A DNA stretch of 64,000 bases from Nitrospirota bacterium (GTDB lineage Bacteria; Nitrospirota; JACRHJ01). The number at the start of each line of letters is the position of its first letter. Position 1 is the stretch's first letter. The notes under the pieces are model-generated. The model worked only from the letters and a program-made list of their open reading frames with translations. It did no database searches and was not told the DNA's origin. This document shows positions 10,864-21,325 of the stretch, piece by piece. The DNA lies in the NCBI GenBank assembly GCA_963733375.1, contig CAVTDB010000025.1, forward strand, positions 87,882-151,881. The letters are read 5' to 3'. A program made the translations under genes and the position numbers.

Positions 10864-11778
10864 ATGGAAATGAACCTCTTGTACAACGTGCCGCACGAGT
10901 TCGCGCTCTCACCCATAATCTCACTCTACTTCTTTTTATTAGGCGTGGGCGGCGGCTGTTCGCTCCTGTCGGTATGGGCGACGCTCACGGGCAAGACCGC
11001 CTACAAACCTCTCGCCAAAATCGGGGCCGTATTCGTCGTCCTTCTTTTTTCAGGGGCGCCGGTGCTGCTTATCGTGGACCTGGGCCAGCCGCTTCGGTTC
11101 TGGTACTTTATGACGCTCTTTAATGCGACCTCGCCGCTTAGCTGGGGCGCTGTCTTCCTTATGGCCTACCCGGTCTTCGCGGGCGCATACATTATCTTCC
11201 TGTTCCTGGGCATAACGAAAATCTATAAGATCCTGGCCAGGGCCCTCCTGCCGGTAGCGATCGGATACGTCACCTACATCGGTTTTGCCGTAGCACTGGG
11301 CATCGGGACTTCGGCATGGAATACGCCTATAATGCCTGCCTACTTCATCTCCGGGGCGATGACCTCAGGGATTGCGCTTATGACCATGGTCGGCATCATA
11401 CGCCACCGGCTCCTCTCTAATTTATGGGACCCGGAAATGGCAAATGCGGATACCGAAATCATCATAAAGCTGGCCAGGTTCGCGGCGCTCTTCCTGCTCA
11501 TCAACCTGTTCTTTATATTCTCTCAGCAGGTGCATATGCGCTTCGGCTCGGAGTGGTCCGTGCTTGCGGCGCAGCTCTTGCTCTCCGGCAAGATGGGCAT
11601 GAACTTCGGCCTGTTCACGCTCGCGCTGGGGACGGTCCTCCCGCTCGCCGTGCTGGCGGTGCCGAAATTAAACCGGAACATGGCGGCGCTGTTCGTTATC
11701 ATGTTCTTCGCGGAACTGGGTATCCTCGTGATGAGATTTTCCATCACCACGGGCAGCCAATACCTGCCGATAATGTAG
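10864..11778 (+). CDS. NrfD/PsrC-family membrane anchor
   Basis: YFFL.G.GGG, DLGQPLRFW, SPLSWG; about 8 TM segments. Confidence 0.92.
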   Translation: MEMNLLYNVPHEFALSPIISLYFFLLGVGGGCSLLSVWATLTGKTAYKPLAKIGAVFVVLLFSGAPVLLIVDLGQPLRFWYFMTLFNATSPLSWGAVFLMAYPVFAGAYIIFLFLGITKIYKILARALLPVAIGYVTYIGFAVALGIGTSAWNTPIMPAYFISGAMTSGIALMTMVGIIRHRLLSNLWDPEMANADTEIIIKLARFAALFLLINLFFIFSQQVHMRFGSEWSVLAAQLLLSGKMGMNFGLFTLALGTVLPLAVLAVPKLNRNMAALFVIMFFAELGILVMRFSITTGSQYLPIM

Positions 11779-11791
11779 AGGAGAGCCGGAC

Positions 11792-13954
11792 ATGTCAAAA
11801 ATAAAAAGAAGGAGTTTCCTTAAATACACCTCCGCGGGCGCGTCCTTTTTAGCCGTGGACCGTCTCTTCGGCAACCTCTTCGCCGCCCAGTCCACCTTCG
11901 AAAGAGGCGGCTATGCGGACCGCTGCACGGAGAAGAGGGTCAAGGGCGTGCCTACCACCTGCACCGGCTGCTTCGCCCACTGCGGCATGGTCGCCTACGT
12001 CGCCGACGGCCAACTGATGAAAATGTCGGGCAACCCGGCGCACCCGGTCAATAAGGGGACGCTGTGCATGACGGGCGAGGCTTCGGTTTACAAGCTGTAC
12101 GACCCGGAAAGGGTGACAAAGCCCTTAGTTAAAGCAGGCAAGCGCGGCCAGAACAGATGGAAGGAAGTAACCTGGGAAGCGGCCCTGGCCATAGCGGCTG
12201 AGAATATCAAGGCCAAAGGAAACCGCGGGGTAGTCCTGGAGACGCTGGGCGGCTCCTCGGAACACGGCAAGCAGGGAATTCCTCTCAAGCATCGGCGGCG
12301 GGACGCTTGCCTCCCACGGCTATGCCGTCTCCCCAAGCCGCGAAATGGCGCTTCGGGATACGTTCGGGGCCCCTTACGACCTGCCTGACATAATGAACGC
12401 CGAATACATACTGAACTTCGGCGCAAACCCGTACGAGTCGGATTACCAGGGCATCAGGACCGTGCAGGGCATGGCAAGCCGGAAAGCGAACAAGGCGGCG
12501 GTCAAGATAGTCACCTTCGACCCAAGGCTCTCCATGACCGCCGGCAGAGGCGACGAATGGTATCCGCTCCTGCCGGGGACGGACGCCGCGGTCGCACTGG
12601 CAATGGCGCATGTGATAATGAACGAAGGCCTCTTCGACAAGGCATTTATCGAGACTCACACCAACACCAGCGTCAGCCAGTTGACTGCCCACCTTGCCCC
12701 TTACACTCCGGCCAAGGCTGAGTGGATAAGCGGCGTACCGGCGGAGGACATCCGGCGGGTCGCCATCGAATATGCCTCGGCTGACAAGGCCGTGCTGTTG
12801 ACGGGCGGGGGGGTATCGAAGCACCGGCAGCGGTACGATGAACGAGAGGGCGGTGCGGCTTCTGCCCATAATCACGGGCAAGATAAACAGAAAGGGCTGC
12901 AACGTCATCCCGGCGGCCACAGGCTTCGCGGGTAAGCGCGTGCAGGAGATGACCCCGGAAAGATTTCACGGCAGGCTTCAGGCGGGGACTGCTAAGGCTG
13001 GCGTATATATCGTGCAGGGGGCGGACCCGGTTTACAGCTCGCCGGTGGCCGCGAACATGGGCCGTGCCCTGGCAAGCGAAGAGGCGGTCCCGTTCCTGAT
13101 GTGCATCGATACCAATATAACCGACACCGGGCGGTTCGCAGACCTGATCCTGCCCGCCTCGACATTCCTGGAGGAGTACGGGCTGGAACTCTCGCACGGG
13201 CAGAAGGGCGAGGCGGTTTATGGATACCGCAAGCCCGCCGTACAGCCCATCGGCGATTCAAGGCCGTATGTCGAGGTGCTGTCGGCGCTCGCGGCGCAGG
13301 CTTGGGAAACCTCTTTCATTCGAGGATTCCGAGCAGTACGCGCGCAAGCTGCTGGCGGAGGCGCCCGGCCTTCCCGCTAACGGCGTCCTGGCGGCCATGG
13401 ATTCGACCGGCTTTTACTCGCATCCCCGGCGTCTGCCGGCGGGAAGACAAGGATAGAGGCGGCCTGGGGCAAGGAACTCCCGGCGTTTATTCCGCCGAAG
13501 GAGTATAAGGACTATCAAAAACGACGCCCTCGTGATGGTCACTTACGCCCCTTCGGCCTACCGGGAGGGCTTCACGGAGAACAACCTGTTTACGAAGGAG
13601 ATAGCCCACACGAACAATGCCTTCATAAACACCCAGACCGGGCAGCGCCTGGGGCTTAAGTCCTGGGATAAGGTCAGGATAATATCTCCCGCGGGGAAGG
13701 CGGAGGCGTTGGTGATACTCTCTCCGGGCATACATCCGAAGGTCCTGGCCATAGCGCGTGGCTGCGGCCACGAGGGCTGGGGGAATATAGAGAACGCGGA
13801 GAAGTTCGACAGCTCCGACCCGTCCACCAGCGTCATCTGGTGGGAAGGCGACGGAAAGGGCATTAACACCAGTACGCTGGTCCCGTTCAATATAGACGAG
13901 GCGTCCGGTGGACAGGGCTGGATGCTCACGGCCGTAACCCTTGAGAAGGCGTGA
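11792..13954 (+). CDS. DMSO-reductase-family (molybdopterin oxidoreductase-like) large subunit, Tat-exported, frameshifted
   Basis: KRRSFLK Tat motif; CTGCFAHC...C; PGTDAAVALAMAHVI; ADLILPASTFLE; C-terminal domain IV. Confidence 0.88.
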
Positions 13955-13967
13955 AGAGGAGCGAAAA

Positions 13968-15326
13968 ATGGCAAAAAAATTGATGGATATGCTGATGAAG
14001 GTCCCAGCCATAGAACTTAAGCCGCTCTTCTCGAAACTCATGGGGGTAAAGAGGGCTTACATAGTGGCTCTACTCGTGGTGATTGCCGTACCGGCGATTT
14101 TACTGACCTACGGCTTCGTCCACATGGTCGGCACGAGCAAGGTATACTGCCTCAACTGCCACGTAAACCAGAGGAACATGGGTTACTGGAAAGCCTCGGC
14201 AGTACACCCGAACGTCTCGTGCAACAGCTGCCATGACGTCGACAACAAGGGCGCAAAGAGCGCGGCGCTCCATTTCAGCTTCTCCGCGAAAGGCGACGTC
14301 GTATCCAGCCACTGCGTGGGATGCCATAAAGACCTGGACAAAGGCGTCGGCTTCGACGCAAAGGTCAGGACGCGTCCCGTAAGCGAGCTTATCCGCATCC
14401 CCCACGCAATGCACATAAAGGAACTGGGGATAAAATGCACCTACTGCCACAGCAACATCTACCACGAAAGGCGTCCAGGCAAGTACGCCACGTACAGGCC
14501 GACGATGGGGACCTGCTACACCTGCCATGACAAGGAGAAAATGGCCTGTAATTCCTGCCATCCGGAAGGCCTGCCAAGCGCCCTGCCCATAAGCGGCAAG
14601 ATAGGCGGCGGCATGCTGATATATAACCCGTCGGGCGCGGGCGAGGTGGTATTCAGCCACAAGAGCCATGCGGCGAAGGGGTTTAAGTGCGGCGACTGCC
14701 ACGGAGGAGTCTTCAATATGCGCCATACGGACGGCGTAATCACGATGTCCCGGATGTACGGCGGCAAGGACTGCGGCCACTGCCATAACGGTAAGACAGC
14801 GTTCGCCTCGACCCAGTGCACCCGCTGTCACAGGGGCGGCGCGTCAGGCGGCGGCACAATAGAGTTCTCCGGCGGCGGGTACGGCAAGGTCGCCTTCAGC
14901 CACGACGCGCACATCGCCAAGGGCCTGAAATGCGAGAGCTGCCATGTTGCCATCTTCAATTACAAGAAGACCGGCGGCATGACCATGAGCGCGATGGACA
15001 AGGGCCGGTACTGCGGGGCCTGCCACGACGGTAAAAAAGCGTTCGCGGCCAATGAGTGCGGCAAGTGCCACGAGGGCGGCAAGAAGGACGGCGGCACCAT
15101 CACCTACTCAGGCGGCGGCACCGGCAAGGTCACCTTCAGCCACGACAACCATATCGCGATGGGCCTTCAATGCGGGCAGTGCCACGCGAAGCTGTTCGGG
15201 TACAAGAAGACCTCCGGCAAAATGACGATGGCCGGGATGGGCAAGGGCCAATTCTGCGGCGGCTGCCACAACGGCAAAAAGGCATTCGCGGCGGACGACT
15301 GCGGGAAGTGCCATGCGATGAATTAA
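13968..15326 (+). CDS. 15-heme cytochrome c (TM anchor, 6 hemes, then three c7-type triheme repeats)
   Basis: 15 CxxCH motifs counted; repeats of V.FSH..H...CxxCH...M..M..G..CGxCH.GK.AF...CxxCH. Confidence 0.93.
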   Translation: MAKKLMDMLMKVPAIELKPLFSKLMGVKRAYIVALLVVIAVPAILLTYGFVHMVGTSKVYCLNCHVNQRNMGYWKASAVHPNVSCNSCHDVDNKGAKSAALHFSFSAKGDVVSSHCVGCHKDLDKGVGFDAKVRTRPVSELIRIPHAMHIKELGIKCTYCHSNIYHERRPGKYATYRPTMGTCYTCHDKEKMACNSCHPEGLPSALPISGKIGGGMLIYNPSGAGEVVFSHKSHAAKGFKCGDCHGGVFNMRHTDGVITMSRMYGGKDCGHCHNGKTAFASTQCTRCHRGGASGGGTIEFSGGGYGKVAFSHDAHIAKGLKCESCHVAIFNYKKTGGMTMSAMDKGRYCGACHDGKKAFAANECGKCHEGGKKDGGTITYSGGGTGKVTFSHDNHIAMGLQCGQCHAKLFGYKKTSGKMTMAGMGKGQFCGGCHNGKKAFAADDCGKCHAMN

Positions 15327-15367
15327 GGCCGCCAAGCTCGGGGCTATGGTGGGGGAGTGAAGATAGG

Positions 15368-15395
15368 AAAGGGCGGCCGGAAACGGCCGCCCTTT
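15368..15395. terminator. Bidirectional intrinsic terminator
   Basis: AAAGGGCGGCCG-GAAA-CGGCCGCCCTTT between convergent genes. Confidence 0.85.
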
Positions 15396-15405
15396 ATTAT
15401 CTCTG

Positions 15406-16755
15406 TCAGCACTTTATATCATATCTTTTGATCTTGCGGTATAGCGTGGCAAGGTCTATTCCCAGTATCTTCGCAACAAGCTCCTTGTCCCCGGCGTTCT
15501 CGTCGATGACCTTCTGGATATACTCCGACTCGAACTCCTCGTGCGCTTCTTTCAAGTGCGGGCTGAACTTCCCGTCCAGGCGGTGGTTCGTGAAGCGCTC
15601 CGGGAGGTTCTCCAGGGTTATCTCCCTGCCCTCGCAGATAACCACCGCGCGCTCTATCACGTTTCTGAGCTCCCTGATGTTACCCGGCCAGGGATAGTTT
15701 AAAAAGACCCGCTCCACGTCATGGTCCAGGTCCTTTACGGGGCTCCCGGATTCCGCCGCAATCTTCGTGATGAACTGCCTCGCCAGGAGCAGGGCGTCGT
15801 CGCCCCTCTCGCGAAGGGGCGGCATGCGTATTTCGATGACGTTCAGGCGGTAGTACAGGTCCTGCCGGAAGCGGTGCTCCTCCACCTGCCTCTCCAGGTC
15901 CTGGTTGGTCGCGGCGATGATGCGGCAGTCCACGTTAACGGGCTTTGTCCCGCCCACCGGGATAAACTCGCGGTCCTGTATCAGCTTCAGTATCTTTACC
16001 TGGAGCCCGAGCGGCATCTCGCCTATCTCGTCCAGGAAGAGCGTGCCGCCCTGCGCCTCCTCCGCCAGGCCCCGCGCGTCGCTGTCCGCCCCCGTGAACG
16101 AGCCCTTCTTGTGCCCGAAAAGCTGGCTCTCCAGGAGGTTCTCCGGGATAGCGGCGCAGTTTATGGAGACAAACGGCATTGCCTTCCTTGGGCTGTTGTA
16201 GTGGATCGTCTTGGCGACCAGGCCCTTGCCCGTCCCGGTCTCGCCGGTGATGAGTATGTTGCTCTGGGCGGGGATGGCCCGGTCCAGCAGCCGGAACGCC
16301 TTCCTCATCGCCTCGGAAAAGCCCACTATCTCCGAAAAATCGTATTTTTTGGAAAGCTCCACTTTCAGGCTCTGGTTTTCCTTCAAGAGCCGCCGGGCCT
16401 CTAGGGCCTTCCTTACCCTCAGTTTCAGGTCCTCGTTCAAAAACGGCTTGGTAATGTAGTCCGCCGCTCCCATCTTGACCGCCTCCACGGCGGAGTCGAT
16501 CGAGCCGAAGGCGGTTATCATTATTACCGGCGTCTCCGGGAAGCCGTACTTCACATGCTTTAAGACCTCCAGGCCGCTCATCCCGCTCATCTTTATGTCC
16601 GAGATTACGAGGTCGAACCCCACGCTCTCCATGAGTTTCAACCCTTCGGCCCCGTTAAAGGCGGCTGTAACGGAATAGCCGTCCCCTTTAAGGACATGGC
16701 AGACGGCGTCGCATATGGCCTTCTCGTCGTCCACTATCAGGACTTTTTCCATCAT
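15406..16755 (-). CDS. Sigma-54-dependent response regulator (NtrC family)
   Basis: REC domain, GETGTGK, GSFTGA (GAFTGA-like), LFLDEIG, C-terminal HTH. Confidence 0.96.
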   Translation of the reverse strand: MMEKVLIVDDEKAICDAVCHVLKGDGYSVTAAFNGAEGLKLMESVGFDLVISDIKMSGMSGLEVLKHVKYGFPETPVIMITAFGSIDSAVEAVKMGAADYITKPFLNEDLKLRVRKALEARRLLKENQSLKVELSKKYDFSEIVGFSEAMRKAFRLLDRAIPAQSNILITGETGTGKGLVAKTIHYNSPRKAMPFVSINCAAIPENLLESQLFGHKKGSFTGADSDARGLAEEAQGGTLFLDEIGEMPLGLQVKILKLIQDREFIPVGGTKPVNVDCRIIAATNQDLERQVEEHRFRQDLYYRLNVIEIRMPPLRERGDDALLLARQFITKIAAESGSPVKDLDHDVERVFLNYPWPGNIRELRNVIERAVVICEGREITLENLPERFTNHRLDGKFSPHLKEAHEEFESEYIQKVIDENAGDKELVAKILGIDLATLYRKIKRYDIKC

Positions 16756-18929
16756 GTCTCTCCGTTAATGAGCGGGAGGCGCACACTGAATGTCGTACCC
16801 TCCCCGACCTGGCTTTCGACCGATATCTCGCCCTTTAAATCTTTTATGATATTATAGCTCACGGCGAGGCCAAGGCCCGTGCCTTTGCCGGTCTGCTTCG
16901 TCGTATAAAACGGGTCGAATATCCTGCCCAGGTTTTCAGGCGCGATCCCTATCCCCGTATCCGACACGTCCACCACGCATTTATCTCCCGCGGTTTTATG
17001 TTTTTCAAGGTAGGTGCGCACCGAGAGCGTCCCCTTTTCCGGCATCGCGTCCAGTGCGTTAAGCGCCAGGTTTACGAATACCGATACCAGCCATTTTTCG
17101 TCCGCCATCACCATCAGCTTATCCGGACAATAGGACGATTCGAGCTTTATGCCCTTCAGGGAGTCCCCGTGTCCGCCGATCAGGTCGAACGCGGCCTTCG
17201 CCGCCTCGTTTAAATCCACCGGCGCCTTTTCCATGGTATAGCTCCGGGAGAAGCCGGACATCTGCTGGAGTATCTCCTTTATGCGGTTCATATGGAACGC
17301 GACCGTGTCCAGGGTGTTGTTGGTGAACTCGTCATAGACGTTTCCCTGCAGTATCTGGACATAGGAATATATCGCCGTGAGCGGGTTGCCTATCTCGTGC
17401 GCGATGCCGGCGGAGATGCGGCCAAGCGCGGCCAGCTTCTCCGAGTGCATCATCTGCTGCTCCAGGCGCCGCATCGCGGATATGTCCTGTATGAGCTCCA
17501 CCGCCTGCCGCACGTGCCCGTCGGCGTCTTTTATCGGCGCGATTATTATCTGGAAATTGCCCACGCTCTCGTCCGTGAGCATCGCCAGGAGGTCTCCCCC
17601 CATATCGCCTGTCGAGCCGTCCGGCCTGGTCCCAGGCTTCCTGCACACTATTTCCGTCTGGGCTATCTCCCCGTATTTAAAGACGGAACCCATAACGCAT
17701 TCAGGGCATGGAGCGCCGAGGTCCCTGAATGCGGCATAACATTTCCTGCCGACGGGGTTCGGCGTCTTGGACGTTATGACCTCGTTCGCCCACTGCACGT
17801 TATACCCGTCGTCGATAAGCGAGACGCACGCCCCGAAGCCGGAGAGTATGGCATGCAGCTTCTCCTTTTCGGAGGTCAGCTCGCTGGTGCGCTCTCGAAT
17901 CCTGTCCTCCAGTTCCGCCGCATACTTCGCCCGCTCGTCCGCCGCGGTTTTCTTCTCCACCAGGACTATGAAAAAGACGGAGGTCCCGATGACGGTGGCG
18001 AATATGAGCCAGATGAGCCAGGAGTAAAGCCTCATGCTCTTGGCGATCAGCCCGGTCACCTCCGAGTACGGCATCGTCACGCAGACCACCCACGACTCGC
18101 TCCCGACCCTTGCGCGGGAATACGATATCAGCTTGTCCTCTCCCATCGGCGCGGTATACACGCCGTACTCCATCCTGCCTTCCAGTATCTTCTTTTCCGC
18201 ATCGAACGAGCGGTGGCACGTGTAGCAGGTTTTTGCGGCTTTAGTCACACGCCTGCCTATCATCTCCGGGTGTTCGGGATGGTAGACCAGTTTCCCGTGA
18301 CTGTCCATCACCCAGGCATAGCCCTTATCGCCCATCCTTATCTGGGAGACGAACTCCCCGGCGATGTCGTCCACGCTGATGGCGAAAAGCGCCGCGCCGG
18401 CGTACTTGCCCGCATTGAATATGGGGGTCGAGAGGACAATGTACCTTTTATCGGGGTTCATCTCGTGCAGCTTCATCAGTTCGGAAATATAAACCTCTCC
18501 CTTCGGGAGCTCGCGGGTCTTCGTGAAATAGACCCTGTCGGACACGTCCATCCCCGCGAGCGCCGGGGAGCTCCTGTTGAACTTTATAATCCCGCGGCTG
18601 TCTACAATCTGGAAGTTGACGACGGTCAGGTCTTCCTTCGGCATGTCGTCCAGGAAGGTGGATATTATCTTTTTGTTCTGGGAGTTTTTCTGCATAAACA
18701 AAATGGACGGAAGCTGCGAGATGGTGACCAGGTGCTTCTCGTAGTGGTCCACCTGCTTCTCGATGGAAAGCGCGGCGCCCCTGGCCAGAAGGAGCTGCTG
18801 GCGGTTGAACTGCCTGGTTATGTCCGCTTTCAGGTTCGCCTGAAAGACGATATTTAAATAAACGATTACGGAAATGATAACGAGGAATATCGAGATGTAG
18901 GCGAGGCTATGAGTCTGAGGTCTCTTCAT
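16752..18929 (-). CDS. Sensor histidine kinase with a Cache-like periplasmic domain containing CxxCH, plus a PAS-like region
   Basis: Two TM helices; CYTCH at 18213-18227; AHEIGNPL; DTGIGI; GTGLGL. Confidence 0.94.
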   Translation of the reverse strand: MKRPQTHSLAYISIFLVIISVIVYLNIVFQANLKADITRQFNRQQLLLARGAALSIEKQVDHYEKHLVTISQLPSILFMQKNSQNKKIISTFLDDMPKEDLTVVNFQIVDSRGIIKFNRSSPALAGMDVSDRVYFTKTRELPKGEVYISELMKLHEMNPDKRYIVLSTPIFNAGKYAGAALFAISVDDIAGEFVSQIRMGDKGYAWVMDSHGKLVYHPEHPEMIGRRVTKAAKTCYTCHRSFDAEKKILEGRMEYGVYTAPMGEDKLISYSRARVGSESWVVCVTMPYSEVTGLIAKSMRLYSWLIWLIFATVIGTSVFFIVLVEKKTAADERAKYAAELEDRIRERTSELTSEKEKLHAILSGFGACVSLIDDGYNVQWANEVITSKTPNPVGRKCYAAFRDLGAPCPECVMGSVFKYGEIAQTEIVCRKPGTRPDGSTGDMGGDLLAMLTDESVGNFQIIIAPIKDADGHVRQAVELIQDISAMRRLEQQMMHSEKLAALGRISAGIAHEIGNPLTAIYSYVQILQGNVYDEFTNNTLDTVAFHMNRIKEILQQMSGFSRSYTMEKAPVDLNEAAKAAFDLIGGHGDSLKGIKLESSYCPDKLMVMADEKWLVSVFVNLALNALDAMPEKGTLSVRTYLEKHKTAGDKCVVDVSDTGIGIAPENLGRIFDPFYTTKQTGKGTGLGLAVSYNIIKDLKGEISVESQVGEGTTFSVRLPLINGET

Positions 18930-18983
18930 TTCTCCCCTTCGTCCTTAAAATTCTCTGAAAAAAGGATTAGCTTTCAGCCGCCG

Positions 18984-20535
18984 CTACCGGATAGTGACTC
19001 CCAGGCCCTTGTCCGAGTTCGAAATGGGATAAAGACGGTATCCGCCGACCCTGGGCCCCAAGACAACATAGTCCTTCTTATGCCAGAAGAATACCCACGG
19101 CGCCATCTCGACTACGCGCTCCTGGGCATTGCGGTAAAGCCGAATCCGCTCTCCCGGGTCCGGCTCGCCCTGGGCCCGTTTTATCAGTATATCAAATTTA
19201 GAATCATTAAAGCGGGCCCGGTTGCCCGCGGGGCCGAAATTACCGCTGTAGAAGACCGGATACAGGAAATTTTCAGGGTCCGGGTAGTCCGCCTGCCAGG
19301 AAAGCCAGAACAAATCCGCCTGCCCCTCGTTCACGGCCGTCTTAAAAGCCGACCATTCAAGCTGGACGATCGATGCGTGAATCCCTATTTCCGCGAGATA
19401 CTGCTGTATCACCTCCACCATGTCCAGCGTCTCCTGCTCCGCCCCGATGTAAATCTTCAGGTCCAGCCCGTCTTCGTGGCCGGACTCCTTCAGGAGGCGT
19501 TTCGCCTCCGCAGGGTTATATCCGTATGGGAAAATCAGCCGGCGGGGGAAGCAAAAAGCCGGGGACCGGCCCTTTCGCCAGCACCCCCCTGCCCTCGTAC
19601 AGCGTCTCCAGTATCCTTTTTCTGTCTATCGCCATCGATATGGCGCGGCGCACGCGGACGTCGTCAAGCGGCGGACGGGAGCAGTTCATCCCCAGGTAAT
19701 ATGTATTAAGCCCCACCTGGGACAGAAGCCTCCCCTTATATTTCGCGCCCTGGGAGTACCGCCTGAACTCCGGCGCGGGCACGTTAAGCGCGTCCAGGTT
19801 TCCCCTCTCGAACTCCGCCACGGCGGTCAGCTCCTCCGGTATCACCCGGTACGATATGCCGCCAACCCCCGGCATGCCGCCGAAATATCCCCGGTTCGCC
19901 GTAAGGAGCAGCCGGCTTCCGTGCTCCCACTTAAAAAGCGTATAAGGCCCCGTGCCCACCGGGTGGTCGGAGAAATGCTCCCCGTATTTCTCTACGTCTT
20001 CCTTCGGCACGACGTATGCGCCGGGCATGGCAAGAAGTCCCAGGAAAGGTCCGAAAGGCTCACGCAGCTCTATGACAAGCGTGCGGGAGTCCGGGCATCT
20101 GATGCCGGCTACCTCCGCGCGACTGCCGTCCATGAACTGCCTGGCCCCTTTTATCCTGTCGAACAGCCAGGTGCGGGGAGAGTTTGTTTTCGGCGACAGC
20201 ACTCGCTCGAAGCTGTATTTGAAATCGGCGGAAGTCACTTCCCTGCCGTTTGAAAATTTTACGCCGGGGCGGATATTGAAGGTGTACGTAAGCCCGTCGG
20301 GGCTGACGCTCCAGGAAGAGGCGAGGCCGGGGATGATCCGCGCCTTATCGTCGTACGAGACCAGGCCGTCGAATATCTTCGCGGCTACCTGGCCGCCGGG
20401 CACGTCCACGATATACGCCGGGTCGAGCGTGGTGGGGTCGTCCGTCAATCGCAGGCGCAGGTACGAATTATTTTCATGGGACGAGCAGGAGAATAAAAGG
20501 AGGGCGGACAGTAATATAAATAATCTTTTAAGCAT
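18984..20535 (-). CDS. ABC transporter family 5 substrate-binding lipoprotein (frameshifted)
   Basis: LLFSC lipobox, DPTTLDPA, PVGTGPY, WQADYPDPENF. Confidence 0.9.
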
Positions 20536-21213
20536 CAACATCTTTTTATAAAAGCCTCGAACAGCCGCCTCGACGACTCCTCTTCCTGCATCCGCTCCGG
20601 GTGCCACTGCACGCCCACGACGAACTTCTCGCCCGGAAGTTCTATGGCCTCCACTATCCCGTCGTCCGACACGGCGGACGCATAAAGCTCCGGCGCGACT
20701 TCTTTTATGGCCTGGTGGTGATAGCTGTTCACGGCCATGCGTTCAATCCCCATGATCTCTTTCAGCCTGCTCTCCACGGGCGAGCGACACCATGTGCCGG
20801 ATGTCCCGGCCCGTTTCCTTGTGGCCGGGGATGTCCTGGTGCAGCTTGCCGCCGAAATAAACGTTTATCGACTGGATGCCGAGGCATATCCCAAGCACCG
20901 GCTTACCGAGCGCCAGCATCTCCCGGAGCAGCGCGAAATCGAAGTCCGTCCGAAGGTCGGGAGACAGCATCGTGCCGTCCGTCAGTTCCTCGGAGTAGTA
21001 CCTCGGGTGGATGTCGTCGCCGCCGGAAAGTAACAGGCCGTCGATGCGCCGCGCGTACTCCTCCGGCACGGACTCGCCCTCCATTATGGGTATCATAAAG
21101 GGCGTCCCGCCGAACTGGTACACGGCGTCGGCGTAGCTCTTGTCCAGGTACGCCCAGAAGCCGCCGCGCTCTTTAAATTCCAGGTCCTGGGTTATTCCGA
21201 TTATCGGTCGCAT
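20535..21213 (-). CDS. Peptidase C26/PuuD-like glutamine amidotransferase (frameshifted)
   Basis: GLLLSGG.D, GICLG.Q, NSYHHQA, GVQWHPE. Confidence 0.9.
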
Positions 21214-21226
21214 AAACTCCAAAACC

Positions 21227-21322
21227 GTTACTTTTCTTTCGCGGGAAAGAAAAGTAACACAAAAGAAAGCGGGGTTTTTCACCCTAAAAGTTTTTGGCGT
21301 TACCTTTTTCCAAAAAGGTAAC
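21227..21322. repeat. AT-rich double-hairpin element, copy 2
   Basis: GTTACTTTTCTTTC-gcgg-GAAAGAAAAGTAAC ... GTTACCTTTTT-cc-AAAAAGGTAAC. Confidence 0.9.
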
Positions 21323-21325
21323 GGT

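Noticed and set aside
11792-13954. Programmed frameshifting or selenocysteine recoding
   Set aside because: The breaks are frame changes like those in housekeeping genes; there is no in-frame TGA at the ligand position and no consistent slippery site
10204-13954. Calling the operon ttrBCA, psr or arx
   Set aside because: Gene order fits ttrBCA, but the A subunit is short and lacks the expected ligand, so no substrate can be supported
17292-18857. Long antisense ORFs (for example 521 aa here, also 23581-24660, 54713-55672 and 56197-57234)
   Set aside because: Shadow ORFs opposite well-supported genes in GC-rich DNA, with no recognisable motifs
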